NCBI GenBank assembly: GCA_965644295.1
Contig: CBFFRP010000615.1
Span: forward strand, 14,268 to 78,267
DNA: 64,000 nt
Source of the DNA: Paraphysomonas bandaiensis
Lineage: Eukaryota; Protista; Chrysophyceae
Reading direction: 5' to 3'
Every line of letters begins with the position of its first letter. The stretch's first letter is position 1. This document shows positions 14,821 to 26,552 of the stretch, one piece after another. A program made the translations under genes and the position numbers. Under the pieces are notes generated by a model that was given only the letters and a program-made list of their open reading frames with translations, ran no database searches and was not told the DNA's origin.

Positions 14821-15679
14821 TCTATGCCATATACCTTCGTAGTGGGGTACATTGTATGTATCTATACTGCACTGTTCTTCCTACGTACCTCCATCAGTGT
14901 AGTGCAGGTATACGGCTGTAGTGTTCATATAACAGTCTTGTATGTCCAGAGCTGAGCCGAGGGCTCTGAGGAGGCAGTGGCTTATGCCTATGTGTGGAGC
15001 AGTTGCGTGAGTTGAATCTCGATCAGTGTCCTGATAAGATGGGCTCAGGTGACCCCCTATAGCAGAGCACTGTGTGAAGAAGGCTGTTGAAGCTGGTGCA
15101 TTGTCTTCAACTGTAACTGCAAGTTCAACTGATGAGCACCGACAGTGTGGCAGGTGTGCTACTGCTCATTGGGATGCACTTATACATGCTGCCATCACCT
15201 CGAGCCCATGACCCTATGTATAAATGGACAGGCGAGAGTTGGCATACGTGCTGATCCCTGGTAACAGCTGGCATGATGAGAGTGCTGAGAGCTTGGTATA
15301 TGCTGAGTACGGCAAGCGCAGAGTGCCTTATCAGTATGTCTCTATCGTGTGGGCCCTGCCCTCAACTTGAAGCAATAGCTAATGAATGTGTTGCAGAAAC
15401 GAGATGGAGGTCGGGGCAGAAAAGTTATGGGTAAGATTCGCACCAATATAGCCGAGGTAAGTAGTGCATTCCTTGTCGTACTGCGTTAAATTTGTGACAG
15501 ATATTCGATTATTTCAGTCGAAGTGAATATCAGGAAGTCGAGAATTTCTACGATGAATGGTGTAAGTTCTACACTAACTACTCCGACGTTTACTATTTCG
15601 CCTACTGCGTAATTAGTAGAAGCCAAGTGGACCAGCTTGGTAGATCCCTCCCAAGACATGTCCAGAAGGACACGTAATG

Positions 15680-15900
15680 GTTTACGTTTCTGTAGTACTC
15701 CATCTTCTTGGCAGAATGATCCGAATGCTATACCGAATGAGAAGCATATGTCTAAGTAAGACCCTCCAGCAAACCACCATGTTCTTATGGAAATCACACT
15801 ATCATAGCTGGTCTTAGCTCTTCTGCGATGTAATTCAGTGTCGTACTCATCGCCATAGTAGTCATTAAGTTTCGCCTGGTTTCCAATAAACCTAAGCTAT
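15680..15900 (-). pseudogene. PIF/Harbinger-type DDE transposase remnant
   Basis: WFAGGSYLDICFSFGIA matches the (L)RWLAGGSYLDI helix-turn-helix motif of Harbinger-like transposases. The frame is disrupted on both sides. Confidence 0.6.
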
Positions 15901-16017
15901 GTTAGTGTTGCAATTACGCATCATACCTCTAGTACTTCACATTCTGAACAATCTCTTAATTCTCTTTATGTCAATTTACCTATTTCATCCAAAGCATACT
16001 GCCAATATTTTTATTTG

Positions 16018-16157
16018 ATCCTACTTTTAAACACTACAAGAGGTGCTTGTGCGTCACCGCAAGCACCAAATTGCAACTAAAGTAGGATATATGATATATT
16101 AGAGTTAAACACTGACTCTTAAACGCGTATTGCTAATAATCTAATAAGACACTCACT
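16018..16157 (+). mobile_element. Family A 3' fragment with internal micro-inversion
   Basis: 16078-16157 matches the family tail (AGTAGGATAT...TATTGCTAATAAT...TAAGACACTCAC). 16018-16077 (GCTTGTGCGTCACCGCAAGCACC) is in the opposite orientation, between ATCCTACTTT/AAAGTAGGAT inverted repeats. Confidence 0.65.
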
Positions 16158-16238
16158 TCTAATATCTATATATATTAATATATGTATATAGTGTTACTAA
16201 GTTGTTACTAAGTGTGAATAGAAGTAAGTGTTACTAAG

Positions 16239-19200
16239 TGCAAATTAACGACAAATCTTGAGCATATATAAATTTCACCTAATCTTATAGTTCATTACAG
16301 TACACCATCTAGTTCTCATTATTGCTTGCGCATGTAACAGAAAAGCAATAACTGTACCCCAATGAATGAACTGATTATTACTCAACAGCCCAATAGTACT
16401 CCAGCTACACACTCTACTACTCTAGTCTCTAGTACCACTACTTATTACCTGACACTAGCCCGGAGTCTCTGGAGATTAAAGCCATTTCTGATACAATTCT
16501 CTTTTTACCACGACTGAGAGCATTGCACAGTAAGTCGAGCATATCCACTACCTCACCTGCATCGTCTTCTTTTTCCATTTCAAACACGGTTTCATGCTGT
16601 AAATCAGCACATGAATCAACGACGTACTCGGACTGTACTTTCACTGCGCATTTCAAATGCTTTACTCCCCTCCAATCTAATAGGCATTCTGCTTGCTTGC
16701 GTCGTCTTCAATAACCTCGAGACATACACTCTCCGCTTTTCTACAGGTCACGGGAACCCACTTTTCACGCTCATTTTGTCGATAATGAGGCATAAACCTT
16801 TACAATAGCTCTCCCGCATAGTAATGAAGCTTGCAATACGAACTCACAGTTAATAATAATGGCACGATTCACAGTGTATTCGCTCTCTCAAATTCCTTCT
16901 GTGGGAATAAGTCGATCCAGCGGAATATGTCGATCCAGCAAAAAAATCGACCTTTTTTCGTTATTTCTCTGAAATATATTCGTCAAAAAACAACATGCAT
17001 CAAAAAAGCCTGGATTTTTTTGCTGGATCGACATATTCTGCTGGATCTTATATTCCCACACAGACAGAATTGTTGCCTTATTGGAATTCCAAGACATCAC
17101 AATCTAAGTGCGTGGCATTCGCTACTTCAAAATTGAAGTTGCGGTTTCTGCAGCACGACATCAAGATTTCAGCTGGATGATGGTATCTTGTTCCCTCAAA
17201 CCATCCCTAATCTGCTTCTTGGAGTTCCAAAACGCTGTTCACATACCAGTGCCTGCCAATACTTCAATGTTCTGTTCGACGTCACACTTTAGTCAGCCGC
17301 ATAGCATTTGCGATTACTATACAATCACAACTTCACTGCAATCAAGTCAGAGTTATCATCACGACTAAGATTCGTGTCCTCACAGTGAGTGTTGCCTGGA
17401 GTGACACTTCTTTATTGGCATGCTCCATTTCTGATTGGCTTCTGCGGTATGTTTTTTTGGACAAGACGATGAAAAACGACGCTTTTGTTCTCGTTAGCGC
17501 GAAGGGCATCCCAGTAGAGCTCATAGAACTCCCATCCATACACTCGTATCCAGAATATACTCCAGAGCGCAAGTAAAACTCCCTTGCCTGACAATCCTGG
17601 AGTTTTACTTGCGCTCTGGAGCTTGAGGAAGATTTTACTCCCTTGCCTGACGATCCTGCAGAGTGTTCGATCATGGAAGACCGCAGTCCTGATCCCTTCT
17701 ATCAGACATTGCATGCTCTTACTTGTCCAGATACACTGGATGAAATGATTCGTTACTAATATTCGCCGCAAGAGAATGGATACTTTAAACGAGCAGCAGC
17801 ATGTGGCAGCTCAAACAGCCGAACTGGAGACATCACGGTATCATGATCAGCTCACTGAAACCTATTCATTTCCGTCGGCTGACTTAACACTTCTTCCTGC
17901 ATCGTTTGTTTCTACTTAGTAAATTTTTTGCTATCTGTTCCTTAGTCTTAGTTTGCTCCATTTTTACCATTAACTAACATTCGATACAACGTAACACTTA
18001 CATAACCTTTCGACACTTAGTAATATATGTATATAGTGTTACTAAGTTGTTACTAAGTGTGAATAGAAGTAAGTGTTACTAAGTGTCGAAAGGTTATGTA
18101 AGTAAAAGTTACGTTGTATCGAATGTTAGTTAATGGTAAAAATGAAACAAACTAAGACTAAGGAACAGATAGCAAAAAATATTACTAAATAAGTAGAAAC
18201 AAACGATGCAGGAAGAAGTGTTAAGTCAGCCGACGGAAATGAATTGGTTTCAGTGAGCTGGTCATGATACCGTGATGTCTCCAGTTCGGCTGTTCGAGCT
18301 GCCACATGCTGCTGCTCGTTTAAAGTATCCATTCTCTTGCGGCGAATATTAGTAACGAATCATTTCATCCAGTGTATCTGGACAAGTAAGAGCATGCAAT
18401 GTCTGATAGAAGGGATCAGGACTGCGGTCTTCCATGATCGAACACTCTGCAGGATCGTCAGGCAAGGGAGTAAAATCTTCCTCAAGCTCCAGAGCGCAAG
18501 TAAAACTCCAGGATTGTCAGGCAAGGGAATTTTACTTGCGCTCTGGAGTATATTCTGGATACGAGTGTATGTATGGGAGTTCTATGAGCTCTACTGGGAT
18601 GCCCTTCGCGCTAACGAGAACAAAAGCGTCGTTTTTCATCGTCTTGTCCAAAAAAACATACCGCAGAAGCCAATCAGAAATGGAGCTTGCCAATAAAGAA
18701 GTGTCACTCCAGGCAACACTCACTGTGAGGACACGAATCTTAGTCGTGATGATAACTCTGACTTGATTGCAGTGAAGTTGTGATTGTATAGTAATTGCAA
18801 ATGCTATGCGGCTGACTAAAGTGTGACGTCGAACAGAACATTGAAGTATTGGCAGGCACTGGTAAATGAACAGCGTTTTGGAACTCCAAGAAGCAGATTA
18901 GGGATGGTTTGAGGGAAAAGATACCATCATCCAGCTGAAATCTTGATGTCGTGTTGCAGAAACCGCAACTTCAATTTTGAAGTAGCGAATGCCACGCACT
19001 CAGATAGTGATTTCTTGGAATTCCAATAAGGCAACAATTCTGTGTGTGGGAATAAGATCCAGCAGAATATGTCAATCCAGCAAAAAAATCCAGGCTTTTT
19101 TGATGCATGTTCTTTTTTGACGAATATATTTCAGAGAAATAACGAATAAAGGTCGATTTTTTTGCTGGATCGACATATTCCGCTGGATCGACATATTCCG

Positions 19201-19879
19201 CTGGATCGACTTATTCCCACAGAAGGAATTTGAGAGAGCGAACACACAGTGAATCGTGCCATTATTAACTGTGAGTTCGTATAGCAAGCTTCATTACTAT
19301 GCGGGAGAGCTATTGTAAAGGTTTATGCCTCATTATCGACAAAATGAGCGTGACAAGTGGGTTCCCGTGACCTGTAGAAAAGCGGAGAGTGTATGTCTCG
19401 AGGTTATTGAAGATGACGCAAGCAAGCAGAATGCCTATTAGATTGGAGGGGAGAAAAGCATTTGAAATGCGCAGTGAAAGTTCAGTCCGAGTACGTCGTT
19501 GATTCATGTGCTGATTTACGGCATGAAACCGTGATTGAAATGGAAAAAGAAGACCATGCAGGTGAGGTAGTGGATATGCTCGACTTACTGAGCAATGCTC
19601 TCAGTCGTGGTAAAAAGAGAATTGCATCAGAAATGGCTTTAAGCTCCAGAGACTCCCGGCTAGTGTCAGGTAATAAGTAGTGGTACTAGAGACTAGAGTA
19701 GTAGAGTGTGTAGCTGGAGTACTATTGGGCTGTTGAGTAATAATCAGTTCATTCATTGGGGTACAGTTATTGCTTTTCTGTTACATGCGCAAGCAATAAT
19801 GAGAACTAGATGGTGTACTGTAATGAACTATAAGATTTGGTGAAATTTATATATGCTCAAGATTTGTCGTTAATTTGCA
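16239..19879. repeat. Large inverted duplication: arms 16239-18023 and 18076-19879, ~52-bp spacer
   Basis: The arms are reverse complements with scattered substitutions and small indels. Mirrored ORFs 17412-17771/18337-18696 and 16438-16656/19462-19680 differ at ~1% and ~4% of sites by my count. Confidence 0.97.
16900..17060. mobile_element. ~160-bp MITE-like foldback element (mirror copy at 19045-19221)
   Basis: ~50-bp terminal inverted repeats TGTGGGAATA..GATCCAGCGGAATATGTCGATCCAGCAAAAAAATC / GATTTTTTTGCTGGATCGACATATTCTGCTGGATC..TATTCCCACA. No TSD identified. Confidence 0.65.
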
Positions 19880-20049
19880 GCAAACGCATGCATGTGTATG
19901 TCTAATATTAACTACAACAAATGTACCACTACCACAGTAGGATACGGAGGGATTCAATATCCTGCATAAATGTGATGATGAATGTGAGAAATTGTAGTTG
20001 CATGAGGCTTCTTGTTGTCGTTGCCATCATTGTGAATTGTGACAACGCG

Positions 20050-20260
20050 CTTAACTTCTGTTGAGCGTTTTGTTTAACCCAATTCAGGTCAATCTATCAA
20101 AATTAAGGTAGAAGATAGAATCTGTATGAACCGAATGTTGAAGTTTAATGTCTATATTTTGTCGGTGCTAGGATAAGGCATGAGCGTTTTATTAGAACCT
20201 AATTCAGGTCAAAAAATTCACATCTTGTGACAGCATAGGGATAAACTATATCCAGGGCAC
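20050..20260 (+). repeat. Dispersed repeat family B (inverted copy at 24640-24797)
   Basis: GAAGATAGAA...GAACCGAAT-TTGAAGTT-AATGTCTATATTT..CGGTGCT...TGAGCG...TCAGGTCAAAAAA matches the reverse complement of 24680-24797. Confidence 0.75.
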
Positions 20261-20729
20261 TCAATATTTCATACGAAATGTCGATAAGGGTAGTCTTTTA
20301 GATATTATTAGTACTTTTTACTATTTTTAAGGGTGTTCACACCGAACAAACCAGCACAAATTGAATTCTCGACTAAATATGATGTAGCAGTGCATCTATA
20401 AACGATTGATACGCAGCTTCGCAGAAATATATATATGTAATAATAATAAATGTTTCCTAATCTCTATCTACTTAATTGGACTGTCACGCATCATTATCTG
20501 GTAAAACAATCAAACCACACACGCATTCCTTCAATGCCTCAGTTTTAAACAGATACACGCGGGTAAGTAAAAGGACAAGGAAAATGTGCAAAACTCTTCA
20601 CAGCGCTTATAATCGCCGAAACGTAACATCGATGGAAACGAGAGCATCACAGTGAAAGCGTATAATATGAGATAGCACGACGTGCTATCATTCTGTAATG
20701 TCTTTATGTATCTCTTTCAGTGTGTAGGG

Positions 20730-22052
20730 TTAGAACTGATAAGCAGCATACAGATGATCTCTATGCTCCTGATTATGGTTATGGTACGTAGACGAATCCA
20801 TAACGTTAGGTGTATTGGCTGGAACCTGACGACTTGGGGGCTGGGGTAGTGTATAAGTGGGGTAGAAAACCGCACTGTCTACTCGCAATGAAGACGCCGA
20901 ACCCCCAGGAGTCGTAGGCTGCTGTTGTCTAGTAGACAGTGTCTGAGTTTGTCCTTGCAGTTCAGAGATGGACGACAGATAGAGAGAAGGACCGCTGGAA
21001 AAAGTAGGTGACCGCCGAGAAGCCCCAAAACCTCCCCCCTTGGCAGAGGGAATATATGAACCACCTGCTTCAGAGGGGAGAGAAGTAGAGGGAGTAAACG
21101 GTACGGAGTTGGTCCCTTGGCCATCTGCAGTGGGGAGAGTCTGAGGGGTGTATACCTGCCGAGTGCTGCGAGGAGCACAATGAACACGTTGGGGAACCGC
21201 ATCAGGGGCAAGTGGAGCAGTGGGAAACATGAAGGCTAGTGCTGCTGCCTCAGCAGGTGACACCTTCTGCATCCATATTCTCGTCTTGAACACCTGAAAC
21301 ATATCCCTCACGAGCTCTCTGAAGTCGACTCTCCTATCGGCAGAGAATATAATCGTCAGCTTCTTACGGTCGAACTGCATTTCAGCTGCTGCAACAGTGA
21401 TGGGCACGTGGCGGACCTGAGCAAGATGTCTGCAGAGCTGTAGCGCCCTTTCTTCTTCTCTGGAATTGTCCTGCATGAGCTGCTTATCCTCAGGTGAAGC
21501 TAGTGATATAATAGAGCGTAAAGATGAGGTCTGAGAGGGCGCATACAGTGAAACCGGAGCAGGAGGATGAATAGCATGAACCACACCCGCATCAAACCCC
21601 CTGTCAGCCTCCACAACCACTGCAGAGCCGACTCGAATCACATCCGGACACCGATCAGTTATCTTATACGAGTCTTTCGTACACTTAAATCTCACCTCAA
21701 CCACACTACCCGCCTGAGATGAGTGAGCAGACGAGAGCTCATGATGAGAGAATGATGATGACGAGGGCTCTGAATATCCTCGCAGCCTTCCCCCCTCTGA
21801 CTCATAGGCTCCTATTCGACCCCCCTCTGACTCATAGGCTCCTACTGATAGAGGTGTGACGTATCTGCTGCTGGTGATGTACTGTTGATCTCCATCCACC
21901 CCATCATCTGAGCATGGAGCGCTTACCTCTGTAGGTGAATGATCAGAGGGTATGGGAGGGATCATAGAGGGCTCTGGAGGATAACCAGAGGAGCATATAT
22001 CACTCATAGGAGAGTGATAGTTCGAGTGATAGAGATCCGCTGATGGTTGCAT
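20730..22052 (-). CDS. PSP1 C-terminal domain protein (YaaT/RicT-like domain) with low-complexity termini
   Basis: 440-aa ORF with VVVEADRGFDAGVV and AEMQFDRKKLTIIFSADRRVDFRELVRDMFQVFKTRIWM, the PSP1 signature. Confidence 0.9.
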   Translation of the reverse strand: MQPSADLYHSNYHSPMSDICSSGYPPEPSMIPPIPSDHSPTEVSAPCSDDGVDGDQQYITSSRYVTPLSVGAYESEGGRIGAYESEGGRLRGYSEPSSSSFSHHELSSAHSSQAGSVVEVRFKCTKDSYKITDRCPDVIRVGSAVVVEADRGFDAGVVHAIHPPAPVSLYAPSQTSSLRSIISLASPEDKQLMQDNSREEERALQLCRHLAQVRHVPITVAAAEMQFDRKKLTIIFSADRRVDFRELVRDMFQVFKTRIWMQKVSPAEAAALAFMFPTAPLAPDAVPQRVHCAPRSTRQVYTPQTLPTADGQGTNSVPFTPSTSLPSEAGGSYIPSAKGGGFGASRRSPTFSSGPSLYLSSISELQGQTQTLSTRQQQPTTPGGSASSLRVDSAVFYPTYTLPQPPSRQVPANTPNVMDSSTYHNHNQEHRDHLYAAYQF

Positions 22053-22626
22053 TAGATAGCTGGAAACATGAGGGGACAGTGATAGAGGCAGTGTGCTATA
22101 AGGGGGTGAAGTTATCTTATATGAGATGAGACTGATACTGTGAGTGCACTCCGCTGCTGTCTATACATACACTGCTCGACATGTGACAGACATACCACAC
22201 TACACGATACTAGACTATACTGCTGGGTGCTACACACATCTATATATGAAATCAACGACTACGCACGTACGCTACCCTCATCAGATGGGAAGAAGTCATT
22301 CGATTGGTTCTTTTCATATACAAAAACATCGTATGCGAATACATGTCGTCGTCACTTCGACTTCTTTTTCTTCAATTCAACTTCGAGAGCGAAGTAGCAA
22401 ATCAGAAGATTCGAAAGACAGAAAGTGACGTAGTTGATAAAGAAATAGTATCTTGAACAGTCAATACTTCAACATATATATTTTCAGTTCTAATATATCT
22501 GTACACATAGCTGTATTCTGCGTATACGTATATGAATGCAGAGGTGCTGAGAGTTGAGTCTCTGTGCTGCAGTCGCTTCACTATACCATCAAGCATGTAT
22601 GTATATATATATGAATAGACACAGAC

Positions 22627-24352
22627 ATGAGCGAGTTTCAGTCCCATCAGCAAGTGATTCTTCGTCTACCAGAGTCAGTAGCGGATCGTGTGAACCGTAT
22701 GCTTCATCGTTCTCTTGAACCGGTGCACATAGAAGTCGTTCCCGAAGGTGAGATCCACGCACATACATACATATATATATACATATATGAGACTATACAC
22801 CCCTATATATGAGACTAGGCACATGTATGAGACTATACATACATACATACACGTATATGAGACTATATACATGTATACACACATATATATGAGATACAGT
22901 CACATGCTATATCCATATACGTATATGACACATAGTCACGTGCTATATACATATACATATGATATGTACATATATGTATACGTATGATATTATATGTTAC
23001 ACTATATTGCCTTCATATTCTAAACTGAACTTCAGTGGGGAAGAAGGCTATGTATAAGTTCGTGTTCGGAGAGGAGAGTCTTCCTGCTCTATTGGGTAAT
23101 CTGCCATGTAACGTCGAGACTCATAAGACATTCGACCACCGCACATACTACAAGAGTGCAGACATTGGACAGGTGAGACATATCCCCCAATGATATGATA
23201 TGATATGATAGACCGTACTATGATGCGAAATATACCTCACTAAGATATGACAAGATACCTTATACCCCACTATGATATGATGCGATACATCCTTCTATGA
23301 AATGAAATGATATGCCTACCCTACGATAATACGCACTGTGATATGAAGGAATATGTAGTGAGCTGATGAGATTGTATTTTGTGTAGATGTTGGTAGTGTT
23401 TGAGAATGAATCGGAGCGGGAGAAGGCGGATGAGTCCATGGTATCGGGGGAGTTCACATGTTTTAACACTGGTGTCACCCCACCATCGCACTGTATCGTC
23501 ACCAGGAAGTTCAATAAGACTAGACACCAAAAGCCCCATCCTCCGGATGAGGTATCTAAGGTCGAAAATGAACTTTGCAAGTATGTCTCAGCAGACGATA
23601 CCGAGGAAATATGTGAGTAAATGATGCTGTATTCTATGTTGTATATCCGTAGAGTGCCGTACGAACGTTATACATATGGTTTGTCGTGTCTACATCTACA
23701 TGTTTGTAAAGTGTATTGCATGATATGTTGTTTAGTTCGTGAGCGTTGTATTCACTGTTCCGCACAAGTCTAATACGGAATATGTGTCCTAGTTGAAGAA
23801 GTTGTGGACTTTGAGGATTATATGGCGGATAGACAGAATCCTGAAGGGAAAACATTCACACTAAACTCTCATGACTTTTCTTTGAAATCATCGCTGCCAT
23901 TTCAGTTACATCCCGAGGTGATATTTTGTATTCACACTGTGGCGTGTGTATTATGGACATATTATAAAGTGCATTGTTAATTGATGTCAACATTATGCTG
24001 CGTCAGTTTTGTGTGAGGTAACTAAAAGGTATAGATGCTTGTATCTTCTGAAGATAAGGATTTGCTGGAAAAAATTTCGGCTGTGAAGACTCAGGCTGAA
24101 AGTTCATCCAATAGTGTTCTAACTGGCTCAGTTGTTCACTCCAGAGGGGGGGAAGGTAAGCAGGTTCGTTCGAAAGAAGGCGATGGTGATGAGGGTGGGT
24201 ATGGTACTGGTTTCGATGATAAGGACCTTGACGGTGATGAGGGAAATGAAGAAGATGGGTCTAATCAGAGTGCATGCAGTTCCGATAGCAGTGAATCAGA
24301 CGACGCCTGGCTGAATGACCTGGAGAACAGCATCGAAACCAAAGAGACCTAA
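22627..24352 (+). CDS. TAF7: Transcription initiation factor TFIID subunit 7 (TAFII55_N domain), multi-exon
   Basis: QQVILRLPESVADRV, LPALLGNLPCNVETHKTFDHRTYYKSADIGQ|MLVVFE, GVTPP, EEVVDFEDYM and an acidic C-terminus, joined by GT-AG introns. Confidence 0.88.
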
Positions 24353-24639
24353 ACATCTTATAGATAGTTATAGCCGGACATGAATGAGTATTTTTGTGCA
24401 TTGTGTTTCAGTAGTGAAGGTATATATGTGTGATAACCCGTAATGCTGCGCTTTGTCGTCTAACACTTATGATTTCACAATGTAAAAGCTACTTACAATG
24501 TAATAACATTGGCCAACTACATATTGCATAGAGGTATAGCAATATTTCTGTGTGATTTAATTAGAATTAGAATACTTTTGCTTATAATTTTGGTCCACTA
24601 AAACTTAATCTTCATTTTATCTCCAAAATAAGAGTTTTT

Positions 24640-24797
24640 GGAATCAACAGAACGCTCATATTAATACCAGGTGAATATAGACTTATCCCTTTTTTTGACC
24701 TGATTTGGGCTCAACAGGGCGCTCATATCAGCACCGGGCAAATATAGACATTCAACTTCAATATTCGGTTCAACAGAAGCTCACTTCTATCTTCATT
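24640..24797 (-). repeat. Dispersed repeat family B copy
   Basis: Reverse complement of ~20110-20250. Confidence 0.72.
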
Positions 24798-24864
24798 ATG
24801 ATAATGACAGTCGAATGTACGTGATTTCATTATAGTACACAATTATAGAGAAACCACAGCCATG

Positions 24865-25870
24865 AGCCAAATATCAAGAGCAGATCATCTAACTCCAAGT
24901 TATATTCCATCCTTCGACTGCTGTAGAAGATCACAACGATGTCAGTGCAAGTGATCTGTCTTCATATCCAGGAATTCGAAACAACTTCAAGAATATTACA
25001 GGAGAGTTTAAGTACCATATCTGATGCTATATAGGTGGTTAGGAGCAGTGGCACCCAGTTCTTTCAGGGTTGGAGCCATATCGTGCTTCTCAGGATATTG
25101 TGTGTCTCATATCATACACACATCCTTCGATAAGGTGCACTTGCAGAGGTAAAGCCTGCTGTACTATATAAATGTGATGATGATGCTAATTAAGGCAATA
25201 ACAAGCCTCTCTTTCATCTTCAACTGTTTACATTTATTATCACACTTACAGTATACATATCATTCATTTGAAACTATATGAGTTCTCATTTGTGTTATTC
25301 ATGTTAATCAAGGAACATCTATTTCTTAATACAGCAAGCATGCTACAAATAGCTATACAATCTAATAGTAACTTTTCAACGTCATGAGGATAAGCTACAA
25401 TTTAACCTAGGGATAAGGAGTATCGTCCCTTGTCTAAATTTTAAAACTCGGGCTTTTCGCCCTCGTTTCAAAATTTTGAGCGCGGGACGATATAGCCTCC
25501 TTATTGCCCGTGGTTATATATAACCATTTAAACAGAGACTCTCTTCTATCTTAATTATTCTGTTGACAGTCATGTGTATGTGATTACATTAAATTGCACG
25601 ATTATAGGGAAAGCACAATGATGAAGCAGCTCTAGAAATCAGATCATCAAACAATCCCAGTTAACTTTTATCCTTCGTTTGATGTGGAAGATCATAATGA
25701 TGTCAGTGCAAGCAATCCATATTCAGTCCTGAATCTTAAACGCATAATAAAACATTCAATCTATTCATATAACCAGGTCTATGCAACAACTTGTATAAAT
25801 ATTTTAGGAGAGTTCAAATGCCATATCTGATGCTGAAGGAGATTCGAGGCAATGGCACCTACTTCTCTAA
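24865..25870 (+). repeat. Two diverged direct copies of a ~230-bp sequence (24865-25075 and 25625-25870)
   Basis: Shared blocks CAGATCATC, ATCCTTCG, GAAGATCA-AA-GATGTCAGTGCAAG, AGGAGAGTT-AA-T-CCATATCTGATGCT and TGGCACC. Confidence 0.7.
25403..25516. other. ~114-bp imperfect hairpin
   Basis: Nested complementary blocks TAACC/GGTTA, ATAAGGAG/CTCCTTAT, TATCGTCCC/GGGACGATA, AAATTTT-AAAC/GTTT-AAAATTT and GGGC/GCCC around a TTTTC loop. Confidence 0.8.
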
Positions 25871-25871
25871 T

Positions 25872-26552
25872 GCCCTCTCAACAAAGTCGGACTCGCACCA
25901 TTTCATGGTGTTCTAGGGGATAAGTACCGGAGATGTTTTTCCGGGAAACTAACGTTATTGAGTATTGACCATTTTCAGATGATTAAGATTGTTTCAAGAA
26001 AAGTTTAAGTTAGTCAAACTGGATAGATTACGTTATTATAATTATTGTATATACACAAAACACAACCGTTCTCATGTAATTATCAGATATTCGTATATAC
26101 ACAATTGTGTGTGTTGTCATGAAACACATGTCAACAACATGATAAATTATTTCGTTCATGTTAACCACTGCTCAACTTCCTTATCTTGAATCGTCATGAT
26201 ATAATACTTCAGTTACACAGTTATAGCTATATAGCACCTTTGACAATTGACTACGTATTACTGTTTTTCACATTGTATTTAACGTATTCTACAGTACTAT
26301 CTTAGAGAACCATACGTATTCCAACAAACGTGAGTCGCGTATATTATTATGTATTCAGCAGATATTGTTCTGCCCACTCATAGCCTAATGTTTGTGTGGT
26401 GCAAGGGACACTGATATAAGTGTCACTTGTATAGACGGCTTTAAGCCTTGACGAATAAACAGACATCCGGGAATGAGCCCACCTTAAGGGCGGTAGTGGG
26501 CCGTCTACTGCAGTCAACCATCCGGGCTATTCACGGTGCTTGCGGTGATATA
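25872..26552 (+). mobile_element. Family A copy split by a ~370-bp AT-rich insertion
   Basis: 25872-25955 is the head up to ACTAACGT. The element resumes at ~26327 (AACGTGAGTCG...CACTCATAGCC...AATAAACAG-CATCCGGGAATG...GTGCTTGCGGTGA), with AACGT on both sides of the insert. Confidence 0.75.

Noticed and set aside
16438-19680. Mirrored short ORFs in the palindrome arms as real genes, including a Walker-B-like CLIIDKMS
   Set aside because: The ORFs overlap in several frames, have no recognisable domain, differ mostly by non-synonymous changes between arms, and have stops near the motif.
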